DNA of 64,000 nucleotides from Octopus bimaculoides (taxonomy: Eukaryota): positions 2,261,028-2,325,027 of the forward strand of contig NC_069007.1 in NCBI RefSeq assembly GCF_001194135.2. The letters are read 5' to 3'. How positions within the stretch are numbered: position 1 is the first letter of the stretch; each line of letters opens with the position of its first letter. Under the pieces are notes generated by a model, which did no database searches, was not told the origin of the DNA, and saw only the letters and a program-made list of their open reading frames with translations. Positions 63,928-64,000 of the stretch are shown in pieces. Both the position numbers and the translations under genes were made by a program.

Positions 63928-64000
<73 letters not shown>
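63925..64000. repeat. (TA)n at window end
   Basis: Direct reading. Confidence 0.98.

Overview
Eukaryotic, AT-rich, repeat-dominated non-coding DNA from a gapped draft assembly (22 N-gaps, nearly all flanked by (TA)n/(CA)n/(GA)n/poly-T). The SINE families and microsatellite load look like an octopus (coleoid cephalopod) genome; this is inference, not a database result. I find no protein-coding gene I can support: the long ORFs are microsatellite/N-gap artefacts or decayed transposon fragments. The window holds four tRNA-derived SINE groups (working labels A-D), 3' fragments of RTE, CR1-like and R4/Dong-like LINEs, Penelope-like element (PLE) remnants, Tc1/mariner fragments, a 540-bp fold-back mariner derivative and a 555-bp MITE with an 8-bp TSD. 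The most notable signal, not visible in the ORF track, is a set of minimal type-I hammerhead ribozyme (HHR) motifs in three unrelated short repeat families (35783-35828 +; 47710-47751 - and 19723-19765 -; 61701-61761 -). One sits in a tRNA-headed, Pol III-type SINE-like element. Several unique islands could be enhancers, a promoter or small exons, but none can be proven from this window.
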